From Eledone cirrhosa (lineage: Eukaryota): 64,000 nucleotides of DNA. Below the pieces are notes generated by a model, which saw only the letters and a program-made list of their open reading frames with translations, was not told the DNA's origin and ran no database searches. Positions 41,467 to 56,108 of this stretch are shown here, one piece after another (positions within the stretch are counted from its first letter, which is position 1; each line of letters begins with the position of its first letter). Where the stretch lies: assembly GCA_964016885.1 (NCBI GenBank), contig OZ024744.1:43090001-43154000 (forward strand), given 5' to 3'. The position numbers were made by a program, and so were the translations under genes.

Positions 41467-42150
41467 TCTCCGACCTGTTTCGCAGCCAAACAGCGATGCA
41501 TTGCTCAAATCTGTGCTATCATCATCAACCGGTACCCTTCTTGATGACGAGTGCACACACATCTGAGTGACCCAACGCCCTGGCCTCCACGTTTGGGGTT
41601 CACATAAATACTGTTGTGGGGCTGTTGTTGGTGGGTTTGGGCTGCATCCACTATCATGTCGCCAGAACGCAGGCCGGTACTCCCGACATGCCGATCTCAA
41701 TGACAAATTAAGAAGGACCCTGGATTCAGCTGGTTTCCCATCACAACTGGAGCCAGCAAGCCTCGGCAGCAGAGATGGCAAGCGCCCCGACGGAATTACC
41801 CTCTTTTCATTGGAAGGAGGCAAATCCCTCATCTAAATGCTAAATGCTGTGATACGTTCTCCGCCCCTATTTTGTTTCTTTGGCCACAAACCCTGGTATT
41901 TCGGCCCACAATACAGAGGATAGGAAGACAAGTAAATACCGGGGCTTGTCCGGCCGCTTCCTCTCTGCACCGGTCACCGTCAAGAACTCAGTCGTCATCA
42001 GACCCCGTATTGCCAAGCTCCTCCGTAAAATCAGAACAGTAGCCCCTCTGAAGAAGGAGCTCCGCTAGGTGGGGTGGCTGTTGCAGCGGTGTAGCTGGCC
42101 ATTGCCCGCGGAAATGACCTTGCAGTTTTGTCCGCGGTGTGCAGCCCAAA
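41467..42150 (+). mobile_element. CRE-clade non-LTR retrotransposon 3' fragment (zinc finger + restriction-like endonuclease)
   Basis: CCG..GLHPLSC..AGRYSRH.DLN..LEP..DGKRPDGITL; KTSKY. Confidence 0.82.
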
Positions 42151-43256
42151 CACCACCTGACCCCAGACATCCCTCCTATCTCTCCTCCCACTCTTCCGTG
42201 ACCTCATAGTCTTTGTTTTACCATACGTTTCCTCTCATTTATAACATTTATAGTCCTTTCTCCTACTTTCCTATACAGTCAGATCTGCCCTTCTTTAATC
42301 CTTCCCCTCTGTTCGTTGCTTCATTTCGTTTGTATCTCTTTTTTTTCTTTTTCCTTTATTAATTGACAACATTTTGTATACTGAATAAATTTCTTTATTT
42401 TGTTGTTGTTGTGTCAGTGTTGTTGATGTTGTTTGTGGTGGTGGTGGTAGTGGTGGTGGTGGTGGTGGTGGTGGTAGTAGTAGTAGTGGTGGTGGTAATG
42501 TTGTAGTTGTTATTAGTGGTGGTTTTACTGTTGTTATTATTGCTGATGCTAGTGCTGGTTGTTTAGCTGCAAGTCAACTAAGAACGAGAGTAGCTTAAAA
42601 GGTGTCCTAACACTGAACATAAAGTGTGTCCCCCACCAGAAAAAGCAGTGGATTCGGCTGCTATTTCTAGCAAGTGGACCATCTCATTCACTAGACTGAG
42701 ACAAATTTCAATATTAAAACAGAACACCCAGATATTTGAAGTGAAACTAGGTTAGTAGTTGTTGTTGAAAATAAACAGGACAGAATAGTTAATGTCTGTT
42801 AGATATAAAATTTACTTCACTTCAGTTAGAAAAGGAATATGATTACTACTAATCATAAAAGTACGTAAACATTCGTAAATGAATACCGTGTTGTTGAAGA
42901 TACTTTGTTTTATGTGTTATGCTGAAATAGAAGGTGGCAGGCTATCGTCCGTCATTACTATCATCTAGGAAGTTAAAAGCCAAGTGACCAGGGAAGGTGT
43001 CGTCTCTTTTGTAACAGAAAATTCTCTCTCTGTCCTCGTTCCATGACAGCCTAGTTATCGAACGCTGGTTATTTTTGCTCAAAGGTCGATGACCTCCCGC
43101 TGCGTTCTCTTTCATAGGAATGGCCATGTCAGTGAGAGGAAAACGCTGGAACATTTCATTCGCTACACACCATCGTCAATTCAAGGGAATTAATTTGAAA
43201 AAAATGTAGGGGAAATAACTTCTATTTGACATTACGTTCTCTGACTACGGTTTAAA

Positions 43257-46200
43257 CCTGGATTACAGAAGAAACGCTGGAACATTTCTTTCGCCATATT
43301 AGCCCCCCCCCCCCCATCGAAACGGTAGTGAAATAGAGAACCAATAACCTCGGACCAAAAACTGTCACCTACTTACCTTGTAAATAGAGAGAGAGGATAC
43401 GGTTACTCGGCATATTGGGCATAGGAAGATGGCCAGTACACATGTCGACCGAATCTCGTTCTTGTTGTTGGCAGAGTTAGGATTGCTGGTGGGTGGGAGC
43501 GTTGATGTTAGGTTAACTTGGTACGGTTAGGGTCCATTGAAATCCACATGAGTTTTTTTAGCCGGTAGACACTGACAGTGTCCAAGATAAAATGCTTGGA
43601 TGTCTTTTTGAGTACCTGGTAGAGCCCTGGTTTCAAAGGAGCTCTGATAGTGTCCTTTCTGACAAAAACGTCTGTCCATTGCTATATGTCAGATGGAATT
43701 TGAGTAATGTTACTTTGAGGGCGAGGGGAAACAAATGGCAGGTTTGCCATGTGGGTTCACAGGTGATAGTGGAGCTGGCATAAAACCGAGTCCCTCTTTT
43801 ACAGTGGAGCGAATTCCAAGAGTGATAAGGGGTAAAATGTCTAACCAGTTGCTGTTGTTGACATATGCTCTGAGAGAAGATTTTAATTGCCGATGGAAAC
43901 GTTCCACCATACCGTTAGCTGTAGGGTGATAAGCTGTTGTATTTATTCGGCTACAACCTGGGAAGTGTGTCAAGGTTCGGTTCGAACTGGCCGCTTCTGT
44001 CCATTGTGTTGGTAGAAGGTGTGCCATAACGCGAAATCCAATGCTGTGCTAGTGCCTTGGCAATAGATTCAGCTGTAGTGTCGGAAAGGGGAATGGCCTC
44101 AGGCCACCGGGAGAATCTATCCGCACAGGTCAAAAGCTGAGTGCAACCCCTAACAGGAGGCAGTGGTCCGACGATGTTAATATGTTGGAAACGCGTATCT
44201 GGTGTTGCAAAGGTTCCGAGAAGAGTCCTGACATCGTGGTGAATGTTTGCCTTTTGTCACTGGACGCAACGTCTGACCCATTCGATAGGTTGTGCAGCGC
44301 AGAAAAAACCGAACGTTGATGCTTTAGAGGTACTTAAGGGCGCGCGTGACCCGTAGACACATCACACTAAATACCACCAGGAGAAAAAGGTAGAGGGGGA
44401 GTTTGAAAGACAAGGAAGAAGATGAAGAATTTCGGAGTTTCAGGAGCTCCCCGTCCGCCTGTTGGCAATATATCGGAGACTGATGGAAAAAGAGGTGTGC
44501 AGTGCACCCAAGAGTTAGCGAGAAAGGGCATCGGCTGCAGAGTTGTCTATATGGCGAATATCTGTAGTATATTGGGATATAAAATCCATTTGACACACTT
44601 CTCTAGGTGAGTGGGGGTCAGGCTTGGAATATAAAGCGTACGTGAGAGGTTTATAGTCCATGTAAATAGAAAACAGAACCTTCTAACATGTGCCGGAAAT
44701 GTCTCACACTGAGGTACGCTGCCAAACATTCCCGACCGAATGTGCTATACTTTGTTTCAGCAGGTTTGAGTCGCCTAGAGAAGAATGAAATTGGTTGCCA
44801 TGCATTGTCTACACATTGTTGGAGGACGCCACCGACCCCGACATCCAATATATCGACGAACAGACAAAGCGGTGCGTCAGGTTTGAGATAAACCAACATT
44901 GTGGCCTCTGTCAAGACCCTCTTCATTTTAAGAAAAGCAGCTGCTTGTTCATCATCGAAAGTGATAAGCTGGTTCTTCCGATTGCACTGCCTTAGGATGT
45001 CTGTTAGCGGCTGGAGAAACTCTGCACAACGAAGTATGAATAGGCAGTAAAAGTTTATGAGGCCGAGGAGCTCACGTACTTTCCTCGGGTACGTTGGAGT
45101 GGGGAAAATCTAAAATGGACTTAACTTTGTTGTGGTGGGGGCGGATTCCTTGTTCGTCGATGTGGTGTCCCATAAAATCAAGGGAAGAAACACTGAAAAG
45201 GCATTTTCTGGGGTTGCTGATGACATCAAACTAAGAAAAATGCTCGAAAAGCAATTGTAGGTTCCTTTCGTGTTCCTCACGGGATGTGCTGGCTATCAGC
45301 ATATCATCAATGTACGAGTAGACGTAGGGTAAACCACGTACTACTGTGTCGATGAAACGCTGGAAGGTTGATGCAACATTACGTAAACCGGATGGCAGTC
45401 TAAGAAACTCTGAAGAGGGTGAAAGAAGTTGTAATGGCTGTTTTAAGTATGTCTTCCGGTTCAACAGGAATCTGGTTGTACGCCCACACGAGGTCAATTA
45501 TTGAAATGATCCTAGCACCATGTAGGGTAGTAGAGAAATTCAGTGAGGTACCGGGTACTTTTTGGGTTTTGTGTGTGTTAAAAAACCGATAGTCTCTACA
45601 CGGTCGCCAATCACTTACAGATTTCTGGGAACCATGTGAAGTGGGGAAGACCAGCTGCTACTGGATGGACGATCAATGCCCAGTTCCAACACATGATCGA
45701 ACTCTGCTTTAGCGATCTTAGCATGCTCAGGAGCGAGTCACCATGGTTTAGCAGAATCCGGAGGGCGCTCGGTCACGATATGATGCGTAACACTGTGGGT
45801 CACCGGCCGACTGTTAAAAATAGGGTGCGAGATGTCAGGATGCCTGCTCAGAATAACGTCGTATCTGCCAGACTGCCTGGTTAAAAAAATACAAGGTTGA
45901 GGGAGGGTGCCATTGTGCTGATACCGCGATCATTCAGACCAGTGGTGGAATTAATCAGTCTGTTGTGTTTAACGTCCACCAGGAGGCCAAAATGGAGTAG
46001 AAAATCCGCTTCTAGGATCGGAGTCGGCAACTTGGCGATGACAAAAACCAACTGGAAAATTCGGCGGAGCCCAAGATCCAGGGTTAAGGACTTTTCTCCG
46101 CATGTGGGTATAGCAGAGTGGTTCAGCGCCTTGAGAAGCATTGCTGTGGGTTCCCTACTACCTGGCACCAGGGCAGATGGTATGACTCTAACCTCCACCC

Positions 46201-47350
46201 CGGTGTCCACCAGAAACCGGTAGATCGGTCGCTAATGTGGAACAAGAGACTAGATTTGGAAGAGCCAGGTGTAGTTGCCATCGTTTGTACCTGGCCACGT
46301 CGTTACCCGGAACATGACGGGAATCCCTTCTAAACGAACAGGGCAATAGGTATTTACGGCCCCTTTCACCGAATTTATTGTGTTAATAGCATAAGGGATC
46401 AGTCGCTCGGGTCTTCCGGGCGCTGATGTAAATCGTGCCGAGATGAGCTGGCGTTGCTGCGAGGCTGTAACTGCAGTTTAGCCATAAGTGCGTTCAATTG
46501 CGCCTCCTGTCTCATCTCCGAGACAGAAGACGAGGAAGGAGAAGAAGGAAAAAAATGAGGAAGAAAGAGGGGAAGAAAATGAACTTATTAGTGGATGTGT
46601 GTGTCTCTCTTGGGCCACAAATGACCGTGGTGCTGCTACCTCCATTATTCTATCAGCTGAATCTGCTAGCACCTCGATTTGGATGGATGCTTTACTGTCC
46701 GCCAAAATGCCGCGAGCTGGTGGCACAGCCTTTGTAGGAAAAGTTGTTTCAAGATGGCCGACTCCATGGTGTTCTCTCCCAACAGTTTTAACTGTCTTAA
46801 GAACTGTAACGGTTTCCTATCGCTTAACGCCCTCGAATAAAGAAGCTGGTTAATCTGGTGCTTCTGAGAGACGGATGTCCGCTTTACAAGTTTGGACCTT
46901 AAGGTGGCATATGAATATGTACCTGGTGGGGCTGTAAGCAAATCCTGGATCTTCTGCAGGCTTTCAAGGGGAAGTGGCCAAACAAAAGGAGAAATTTTGG
47001 TCTTGTCTACCGAAACATTATGTGTTTGAAATTGGACCTCGATATATCTGAACCAAATCCTCCTCTAGTTAGAATGTTCTTCCTCTTGTTGCCTGACGTG
47101 GACTGTAGAGGCTCTGATTCATTGATCAACTCACGGTTAAGTGAAGTATTACTAGTGTTATTATTATCAATAGTTACTTTGGTATTACTAAAGAAATGCA
47201 ATATAGTCGCTTGCTTTTTCTCACTAATTATGGGTTCATTTCATTGGAATCTAAGAACAAACAAAGCTATCAAAGCCAAATAAAATAAAACAATCGGATG
47301 AGAATCGGTATTTGCGGAGCCGGATGACTGTTGTAATGGTAGAAACAATA
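43257..47350 (-). mobile_element. Degraded Ty3/Gypsy LTR retrotransposon
   Basis: Gag IWFRYIE..TKF and LFLQRL; protease VDTG..ILEADFL; RT YIDD; RNase H YSTFGRE; integrase DRFSRWPEA and NGMVERFHR. G-run PPT at 43303-43315. The 3' LTR is cut off after ~40 bp. Confidence 0.92.
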
Positions 47351-47505
47351 CTGAAGCATACATGCATCATATTGTCGATAGATGACACATATATGTAAAA
47401 TTCATGGATGTTAGTTCTTTACTGAGGAGAAATATGTTTATGGGAGGGGAGCGATAAAATATATTTTAACCTAATATTAATTTTCTTTTATTATTAATAA
47501 GACAT

Positions 47506-47722
47506 GGGGCAGTGGATTGGCAGTATAGGTAGAGGGTCGGAAGCCATGGTTTGCAGCTTAGAGTTACGGCCCTTTATAATCTGAGTTCAAATCCCGCCGA
47601 GGTTACCTTTGCCTTTCATCTTTACGGGGTCGATAAAATAAAGTACTAGTCACGCACTAGTGTCGATTTAATCGACTTTCTCCTCCCCCAAAATTGCTGG
47701 CCTTGTGCCTATATAAGAAACC
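47506..47722 (+). mobile_element. Full-length SINE with 16-bp TSD
   Basis: A and B boxes; ATTATTAATAAGACAT at 47490-47505 and 47723-47738. Confidence 0.92.
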
Positions 47723-47764
47723 ATTATTAATAAGACATAGAAATTGCAAATAATGTCCAAATCT

Positions 47765-47814
47765 TTCTGCGGACCACCAACATTTTCTATCGGACCACCA
47801 GTTGGCCACCGCTG
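47765..47814. mobile_element. Probable hAT (Charlie-like) MITE terminus
   Basis: GGACCACCA subterminal repeats and end ...GTTGGCCACCGCTG; only one end is visible. Confidence 0.45.
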
Positions 47815-47815
47815 C

Positions 47816-49370
47816 TTTAAACTGTAGTCAGAGAAAGTAATGTTAAATGGAAGTTATTTCCCCTATATTTTTTCAAATTAATTCCCTTGAATTAATGATG
47901 GTGTGTAGCGAATGAAATGTTCCAGCGCTTCCTCTCACTGACATGGCCATTCCTATGAAAGAGAACGCAGCAGGAGGTCATCGATGTTTGATCAAAGAGT
48001 AAATAGGCTGTCATGGAACGAGGACAGAGAGAGAATTTTCTGTTACAAAAGAGACGACACCTTCCCTGGTCACTTGGCTTTTAACTTCTATGGTGATAGT
48101 AATGACGGACACCTGTCACCTTCTATTTCAGCATAAAACATAAAACAAAGTATCTTCAACAAAACTTCAAAAACGCGGTATTCATTTACGAATGTTTACA
48201 TACAACTTTGTACTTTTATGATTAGAAGTAATCATATTCCTTTTTCCTTTTTTAACTGAAGTGAAGTAAATTTTATATCTAACCAAAATTAACCATTCTG
48301 TCCTGTTTATTTTCAACAACAACAACAACTAACTCCGTTTCACTTCAAATATCTGGGCGTTCTAGTTTAATATTGAAATGTGTCTTAGTCTAGTGAATGA
48401 GATGGTCCACTTGCTAGAAATAGCAGTCGAATCCACTGCTTTTTCGAGTGAGGGACACACTTTATGCTCAGTTAGGACACCTTTTAAGCTACTCTCGTTC
48501 TTAGTTGACTTGCAGCTAAACATAACCAGCACTAGCGTCAATAATATCAACAACAGTAAAACCACCACTAATAACAATTAAAACACCACCAACAACAACA
48601 ACAATACCACAACCATCAGCACCACCACCACTACCAGAATCATAAAAAAAACCCATCAAAGTAGGACAACGGGCTATAAATACTATAAATGAGAGGAAAC
48701 GGAGGGTAAAACTAAGATTATGAGGTCACAGAAGAGAGGGAGGGGGATAGGCTTTATGTCTGGGGCCAGGTTTTGTTTAGGCTACACACCACAGACAATA
48801 CTGGAAATACATTTCCGCGGACAATGGCCAGCAAGAGCGCCGCAACAGCCACCCCACCTGGCGGGGTTCTTGACGTTGACCGGTGCAAAGAGGAAGCGGC
48901 CGGACAAGCCCTGGTATTTACTTGTCTTCCTATCCTCTGCAATGTGGGCTGAAATACAGGGGTTTGTGGCGGCGAACGTATTACAGCATTTAGCGTCTCA
49001 GATTAGGGATTTACCTCTTTCGAATGAAAAGAGGCTAATTCCGTCGGGGCGCTTGCCGTCTCCACGGTCAAGGCTTGCTGGCCCCAGTTGTGATGGGAAA
49101 GAAGCTGAGTCCAGGGTCGTTCTCAGTATGTCGTTGAGATCGGTATGTCGGGAGAACCGACCTGCGTTCTAGCGGCATGACAGTGGATGCAGCCCACCCT
49201 CGCCAACGACAGCCCCCACAACAGTATTTATGTGAATCCCACACGTGGCGGCCGAGGCGTTGGGTCACACCGATGTGTATGCACTCGTCATCCAGAAGGG
49301 TACTGGTTGATGAGGAGAGCACATAAACATTAAGCCATGTATCGCTGTTTGGCTGCGAAAGTGATCGGAG
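47816..49370 (-). repeat. Diverged inverted duplicate of 41467-43256
   Basis: Colinear reverse-complement similarity through the CRE 3' end, a (GGT)n tract and a 700-bp non-coding block; third partial copy at ~55955-56535. Confidence 0.85.
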
Positions 49371-50330
49371 GCAAGCGTGGCAGTGTTGATCGAAGCCAGA
49401 CCCGTTCCGGCTGAAGGAAGATCTGCACTTGATTCCGACCCAGTTACTTTGGAACTTTGTATACTGGGAAACAAAGAGCCCTTCGCCTGTTCAGTCGTTC
49501 GCGGCCTGCTCTGGTTATGTGGTCACGTCAGATTTGGCTGTCTTGCTGAGAACTTCGCTGACGAGGATGTGACTAGAGGAGATTGACGAGAGGTAGGCCA
49601 GCAGTGCCAAATCCGAAGCGGATCGGAAGTCGAGGCCACCGAAGCTCGCTGGAAGCTTCACTTGTTCCCACCTGGTGTTGTCGAAACTGACATTGCAGAT
49701 GAGTTTTGCACAGCGTCGGATGGTAGCATCGAGTTCCCCGAGGTTATCTGTGTGTGGGTAACAAGGTGCACCACGCAGCGTCAACTGACATTTTGGAAGG
49801 GCGAAGCAGTTTCTCAATAAGGTAAGCGTCGATGAGGCACAGGTTTGCATGCTTGATCTCCAGGCACTCTCTTATGGATTTCGAGAGAATTGGAGAGCCG
49901 AGAATGCAGGCGGCATCTTTGGGCGTTAGGAGAGCACTGGACAAGACGGAATTGATACTGAGTACGATGTCATGGAATTCCGCCTCCCAGGTGGCTAATA
50001 TTAATCACCTCGGACATGGGTGGGATGATCTCGAGTTCGAGGAGCTAGGCTGATTAGCCGAAAATTTTCAACTATCGTCTCAGCCGAGCCAATCATTGTC
50101 GAGTTTTTCATAACCAAAAGTTGAAGGGCGCCGGACAGCGTGTGACGTGGTCAACTGCCAGTGCAAAAAGAGACGGGCTGAGTGTGTCTCCATGTTGGAC
50201 ACCCGTAGCGGAAGTAACCTTGTCAACGAACATGTGTATACTGGGTCTTCCGTACGGGAGATGAGCTAGAAGGTCAATTATGGGTGCTCGTCAGAGACAC
50301 GTTTCTATGACGTGATCTCGCCTAAAGCTT
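48770..50330 (-). mobile_element. CRE-clade non-LTR retrotransposon fragment (RT to endonuclease)
   Basis: GVQHGDTLSPSLFALAV (RT motif), ILGSPI, LPASFGGLDFR and DGKRPDG-type endonuclease region. Confidence 0.85.
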
Positions 50331-50390
50331 GCTTGGTATACTTACAGCTAGCTTCTACTAGGATCTTGAAGTGTTAAAACTACGCTCTTA

Positions 50391-50577
50391 ATAATTGTTT
50401 CTACTTTTGGCACAATGCCAGCAATTATCCCAGTGTATTACTGGTACTTTATTTTATCGACCCCGTAATGATGAAAGGCAAAGTCAACCTCGGCGGGATT
50501 TGAACTCAGACCATAAAGGGCCGTAACTCTTTGCTGCAAAGCATGACGTCCGACCCTCTACCGATACTGCCAATCCA
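50391..50577 (-). mobile_element. SINE
   Basis: Reverse complement of the SINE consensus, including the B box. Confidence 0.88.
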
Positions 50578-50883
50578 ATAATGTAATACAAGTTGAATCA
50601 TAGCGGTAAGTTATCAGTAGATGAGGAGACAAAGGTCTCTGATACACGTACAAATAATCACTTATATTTTCTATTAAAAACAACTCTAATTATATCTACA
50701 CCTAGTTTATCTTAAATCTTGTAAAATAACATTGTTCTGTATATATTATATAATTATTTACATTTCCAAATAAATAATTGTCATACAATTTAGCCTGATA
50801 TTTCATTTATTCTCTGAAAACCAGTCCTTAGGTAATTAGTGCCCCAGTCTGGCCGTAAACATAGCTCAGACTGTTTTGAAGTA

Positions 50884-51212
50884 CAGTGTATGTCCGACAT
50901 TCGCGGTCGCGGTTATTTTCCTGAGAAGCTAAATAATAATTGTTTGTGGAAACCACCGTATATTCGCGGAGTCGTAGATATCTGCCATGATGTTTTTATG
51001 GCTTTTTTCGTGGCAATATATATATTTTTAACTCTAAATTATCAAGAACATTATACCATATTGGCCGGCCTATTGGACGCTCCCACTTTTTTTTATTATA
51101 TTGTACGTTATATTTTGACGTTTATAGGGATTTTTATGGACCACGTTCCATATTCGCGGTTTTCCACTCTTCGCGGGTGCTCTAGGAACGTAACCCCCGC
51201 GAATATCGGGTG
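50884..51212. mobile_element. Tigger/pogo-like (Tc1-mariner) MITE, right end eroded
   Basis: TA|CAGTG start; inverted CCGACATTCGCGG..GGTTA versus TAACCCCCGCGAATATCGG; internal TATTCGCGG repeats. Confidence 0.6.
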
Positions 51213-51244
51213 ACAAATTCATATAAAAAAAACTGGTTACAAAG

Positions 51245-52190
51245 AAACACACATACATATACATACACATCCAGACACTAGATATATACATATTACATAC
51301 ACATATATACACCTACATATACATAAACAGACACATACAGACACTAAATAGTTACATATTACATACATACACATATCTACACCTACATATACATACACAG
51401 ACACATCCAGACACTAGATATATACATATTACATACATACACATATCTACACCTACATATACATAAACAGACACATCCAGACACTAAATATATACATATT
51501 ATATACACATATATACACCTACATATACATACACAGACACATCCAGACACTAGAATGTTACATATTACATACATACACATATCTACACCTACATATACAT
51601 ACACAGACACATACAGACACTAGATAGTTACATATTACATACATACACATATCTACACCTACATATACATAAACAGACACATCCAGACACTAGATAGTTA
51701 CATATTACATACATACACATATCTACACATACATATACATAAACAGACACATACAGACACTAGATATATACATATTACATACACATATCTACACCTACAT
51801 ATACATAAACAGACACATACAGACACTAGATATATACATATTACATACATACAAATATCTACATCTACATATACATAAACAGACACATACAGACACTAGA
51901 TATATACATATTACATACATACACATATCTACACATACATATACATAAACAGACACATACAGACACTAGATAGTTACATATTACATACACATATCTACAC
52001 CTACATATACATACACAGACACATCCAGACACTAGATATATACATATTACATACATACAAATATCTACACCTACATATACATAAACAGACGTACACAGAC
52101 ACTAGATATATACATATTACATACATACAAATATCTACACATACATATACATAAACAGACACATACAGACACTAGATATATACATATTAT
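51245..52190. repeat. ~66-70-bp minisatellite built from TA/CA-rich sequence
   Basis: AGACACTAGA motif recurs about 14 times. Confidence 0.9.
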
Positions 52191-54220
52191 ACCAGGGTCT
52201 GGTGTGGCCCTCTGTGCCAGAGGAATCGTTCGATGACAGGCCACCAAACTCTGGGTAAAGTAAGGAAGGTGGTTAGGAAAGCAAGGGTAAATCATTACCG
52301 GGGCTAAACGTAATACCCTATCTATTGTACAAGAAATGTCCCAGAGTCCTTGAGTTGCTCCACAAAATGATAAGATCTGCCTGGAAGAGCTTCAAGATCA
52401 GTGACCAATAGATGAGAACAAAAGGTGTGTACATTCTGAAAGAGCAGAACTCAAGCGGTATAAACCAATTCAGACCAAAAACACATCTGAACATTGAAGG
52501 AAGAACATTCTTCATTGTTATGGCAGCTAGGCTAACTAGATACCTCACAGAGAATAAGTACTTGAATATGTCATGTCAGAAGGGAGAGTCATCCATGGAG
52601 AGTCTGGTTGTTTAGAGCATGCCTCAATGGTTTGGGAAGCAATCTAAGAACTAAAGCTGCTAAAGAGAGATCTTGATGAGGTGTGGATTGATCTGGCTAG
52701 TACCTACAGTTTGATCCCATACAAGATGATCCAACTTGCTCTCAAGATGTATCATGTTCCAAAGAACATCAGGGAATTTCTAAAGAACTATTATCATGGG
52801 TTCTCAATGTGGTTCTTCTGGATCAATTGAGAGGTTAGCAATAGGCTGTGTAATCTAACCTATACCATTTGTATTGGCAAAAGCCTCGGGAGATATAATG
52901 ACTCTCTGAAGGCCAAAGAGAAACCGGAACCAAGCTGATGTTGGAAAAGGATCTGCATGTCATAGACTAATGTGACTTCTCTAGCAAACACGTGGTTTAG
53001 TGTTTGCAGTTTACGTTGATCCCAAAGCTTCTCAGATATCTGCTAAAATATGATATTAGCTCCAGTACAGTGGAAGTTATGACGGTCAAAATCAACAAGG
53101 ATACAAGTGGCTTGGTGTTCCACCAAGTCTCACAGATGTTGCACTCTACTGTCGCCAGGCCAAGTTGATGCTACATCTCAAAGCCATCGTTGAGGAATAC
53201 AACGTCGGTAAAGCAAGGCTCTTGAGCAAGCTTGATGACTCGCAAGACAATGTCGTGAGAGCGATTTGGTGAAAGCTGATGGCAGGCAGTAAGTGGAAAG
53301 TTTATGAAACGGTAGATGCAAAGAAAATATGGGACACACTCATATTCATGGGCAGAGGGGTAAGAGGCTAGGGAAAAGATGAAGAGAGATATGATTTTAC
53401 AGGGGGTGAACAAAGAAGAAGATGCCAGAAGACAGTACAGTAGAATCGACAGGGCCAATGGATGACGTGGGAATGTGCAATCCAGAGTATTTCGGAATGA
53501 CGTGTGACATATAGCACATCTTGTGTTCAATTTACTCCTCAGATCTCTCTATGGTATCCTGCCATCGAATATGGACCTAGTGAAGTGGGGAAAATCAAAT
53601 AACCTTGAGTGCCCATTCTGCCAGGGTAGACAGATAGTGGAACACATTCTGACCTAATACAGAGTAGCACTAGCCCAAGGAAGATGCACATAGAAACACA
53701 ATCTTAAGGAGATCGTACATGAGGTAAGTATAGCTAATGTAAAATCCGCAGTACCAGAATCTCCAACAACCTTCTACACGAGAGGGAGCAGAAAATCATG
53801 GCCAGGAGTAGCTCTATCATACAGGGCACGGGAATAGAGTCTTCTGGGTGGTACAGAGGACTGGGTGTGTACAGCACACCTCACCGAATCGGTAAAGCAA
53901 CTAGAAATCACCAGAAAGAATGGCTTGAGGCCAGATATCATACTCCATTCTTTTGATTCAACTCACCTTGCATCAGTAGACTAGAAGAGGCACGTGTTTA
54001 ACACCGAAAATACGTTGGGACAATAGCCAGGGGGGGGAGTCAATTTCTGGCTCAAAGTTATCACCATAGAAGTTGGAACCAGAGGTTTTGTAGGTAAATC
54101 TACCTACAATATCATGAAACAACTTTCAGGATCTGGGAATAACAGGACCAAAGTCATAAAACCAGCGGAGAGGAGTTCCAGTTGGATATTGTCGAGGAAG
54201 AACAAAACAAACGTTGGAGG
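52191..54220 (+). mobile_element. Degraded HERO/NeSL-type RLE non-LTR retrotransposon
   Basis: GVYILKEQNS..QFRP..LNIEG..FF..ARLTRYL, CLEHA, VWIDLA; C-terminal CPFC..EHIL, ALAQGR, LRPDII, IEVG.RGF. Confidence 0.8.
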
Positions 54221-54535
54221 ACATTATGTTTGTGTGTTAACGTGTGTTAAGGGAAGTAACACCCATGAGCTCTGTTGCTTCTGACAGGAACCTCTGGAAG
54301 GCGTGATTGAGGACTCTGTCTCCATGACCCTCACAAGAATAACTGGAAGAAGAAGAAGAAGGAGAAGGAGAAGGAATAGGAGGAGATGGAGGGATCCTGA
54401 TCAAATCAATAACAAGTCTATGTTTTAGAGATTTCAGAATATGTTAGAAAACTCTCCAAAACAAACATGGAAGAACTCCTCAGATGCTGGGATTTTCAGT
54501 AATTTTCATGAATATATGTTGAGAAAGTAAATGTT

Positions 54536-55240
54536 ATGAATTTCCAGCACCGCCATGCCTGTTTTGGCGCGGCCTCAAAACCCCACAGTGGTGCCTGGTT
54601 CCATGCCATGCCCTCCTTCTCCACTGGCACACAGCTGGATAACGATAGCCTGCGCATTGGCCTTTCCCTGAGGTTTGGCCTCCGGATCTGCGGGCCACAC
54701 AAATGTGGCTGTGGATCCACCGTGGAGTATTTCGGCCTCCACCCGCTTTCCTGTCTTCACAGTGCCGGCCACCTTTCATGCCATGCTGCCCCCAACGAGA
54801 TCATAAAGATTTGATTGGACGCTGCAGGCTTCCCCTCCCAGCTCGAGTCGGTGGGGCTGAACCGAGGTGACGTCAAAAGGCCAGAAGGTATGACCATCTT
54901 CTTGTTCCCTCCTCTGGGATACCACTTACAACGACACTTTCTCCAACCACAACCTGGTGCAGTCTGCGACTAACCCAGGTTCTGCTGCATGTCGGGCTGA
55001 GGAGGCCAAGCTCTCCAAGTACCGGTCGTTCTCCAACCTGTTCGCGGTCGTGCTCTTGGCAGTGGAGACTTCTGGTGTCCTTGGCCCTAGGGTTACCTTC
55101 CTATTCACCACCATAGGCGCTGAGCTGCACAGCCGCCGGTGTGAGCCTCGTAAGATGGAGTGGCTCTTCCAGCGCATCTCCCTTGCCATCCTGCGTGGAA
55201 ACGCCTTCTCCATTCTGTCCGCCGGGGCTGTGGGGAGGCC
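54536..55240 (+). mobile_element. CRE-clade 3' fragment (different subfamily)
   Basis: HSGAWFHAMP..CGCG..GLHPLSC, KRPEG, KLSKY, AVETSG, QRISLAILRGNA. Short inverted copy at 56650-56730; RT piece at 55690-55945. Confidence 0.85.
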
Positions 55241-55389
55241 AGCACGTGGGACCCCATTTGCTCACCATACAGAGAGATAGGGAGGGCGAGAGAGATTCTC
55301 AGAATAGGGAGGTACAAGAAATTGTAACTGAAGTAAAAAGATCAAGGTATGCTGAACTACGTAGTTCTGTTAAATCATTTGGAATAAAA

Positions 55390-55600
55390 TTGTAAGATGT
55401 AAATCATTTTTTCCAAATATATTTAGTTGATATGTATTCCAAAATTGAGTTTCAACGATTATTGTATATTAAACAGTACCAAACTAAGCTAAAGGTCGGA
55501 GAGTATTCGCTTTTAAAAGATTCTCAAAATAATGAAGGAGTACTCAATGCAAAAGAAGTAGGTAGCGCTGTATATTTATAACATTCACTTGCAGTCCTAA
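55390..55600 (+). mobile_element. Helitron Rep fragment
   Basis: FQIYLVDMYSKIEFQRLLYIKQYQTKLKVGEY resembles the Helitron QY.VD.Y.KIE..RL.YI..Q..LR.E.Y motif. Confidence 0.7.
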
Positions 55601-56000
55601 TGAAATGAAATCAAGGAGAATCCATAAAAAGGTCAAAGACTCGAAGATAGGCACGACATATAAGCATTGCAAATGCTTTCAAGCCACCATCCGATGTTGT
55701 GCAAAACTCATCTGCAATGTCAGTTTCGACTGCACCGACTGGGAAGAGGTGAAGCTTTGAGTGAGGTTCGGTGGCCTCGGCCTTCGATCCGCTTCGGATA
55801 TGGCACTGCTAGCCTATCTCTCCTCAACCCCTTCCAGTCAGAAACTCGTCAGCGAGGTCCTCAGCAAGTCAGCCAAACCTGATGTGACCATATAACTTGA
55901 GCAGGCCCCGAACGACTGGACAGGCGAAGGGCTCTCTGTTCTCCAGTATATGCGCTCCTTTGAAAGAGAACTCAGCGGGAGGTCATCAACCTTTGAGCAA

Positions 56001-56108
56001 ATAATTGTTTCTACTTTTGGCACAAGGCCAGCAATTACCCAGTACATTACTGGTACTTTATTTTATCGACCCCGTAAGGATGAAAGGCAAAGTTAACCTC
56101 GGCGGGAT
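56001..56108 (-). mobile_element. SINE, 5'-truncated
   Basis: SINE body and tail; absent from the paralogous block at ~43070. Confidence 0.85.
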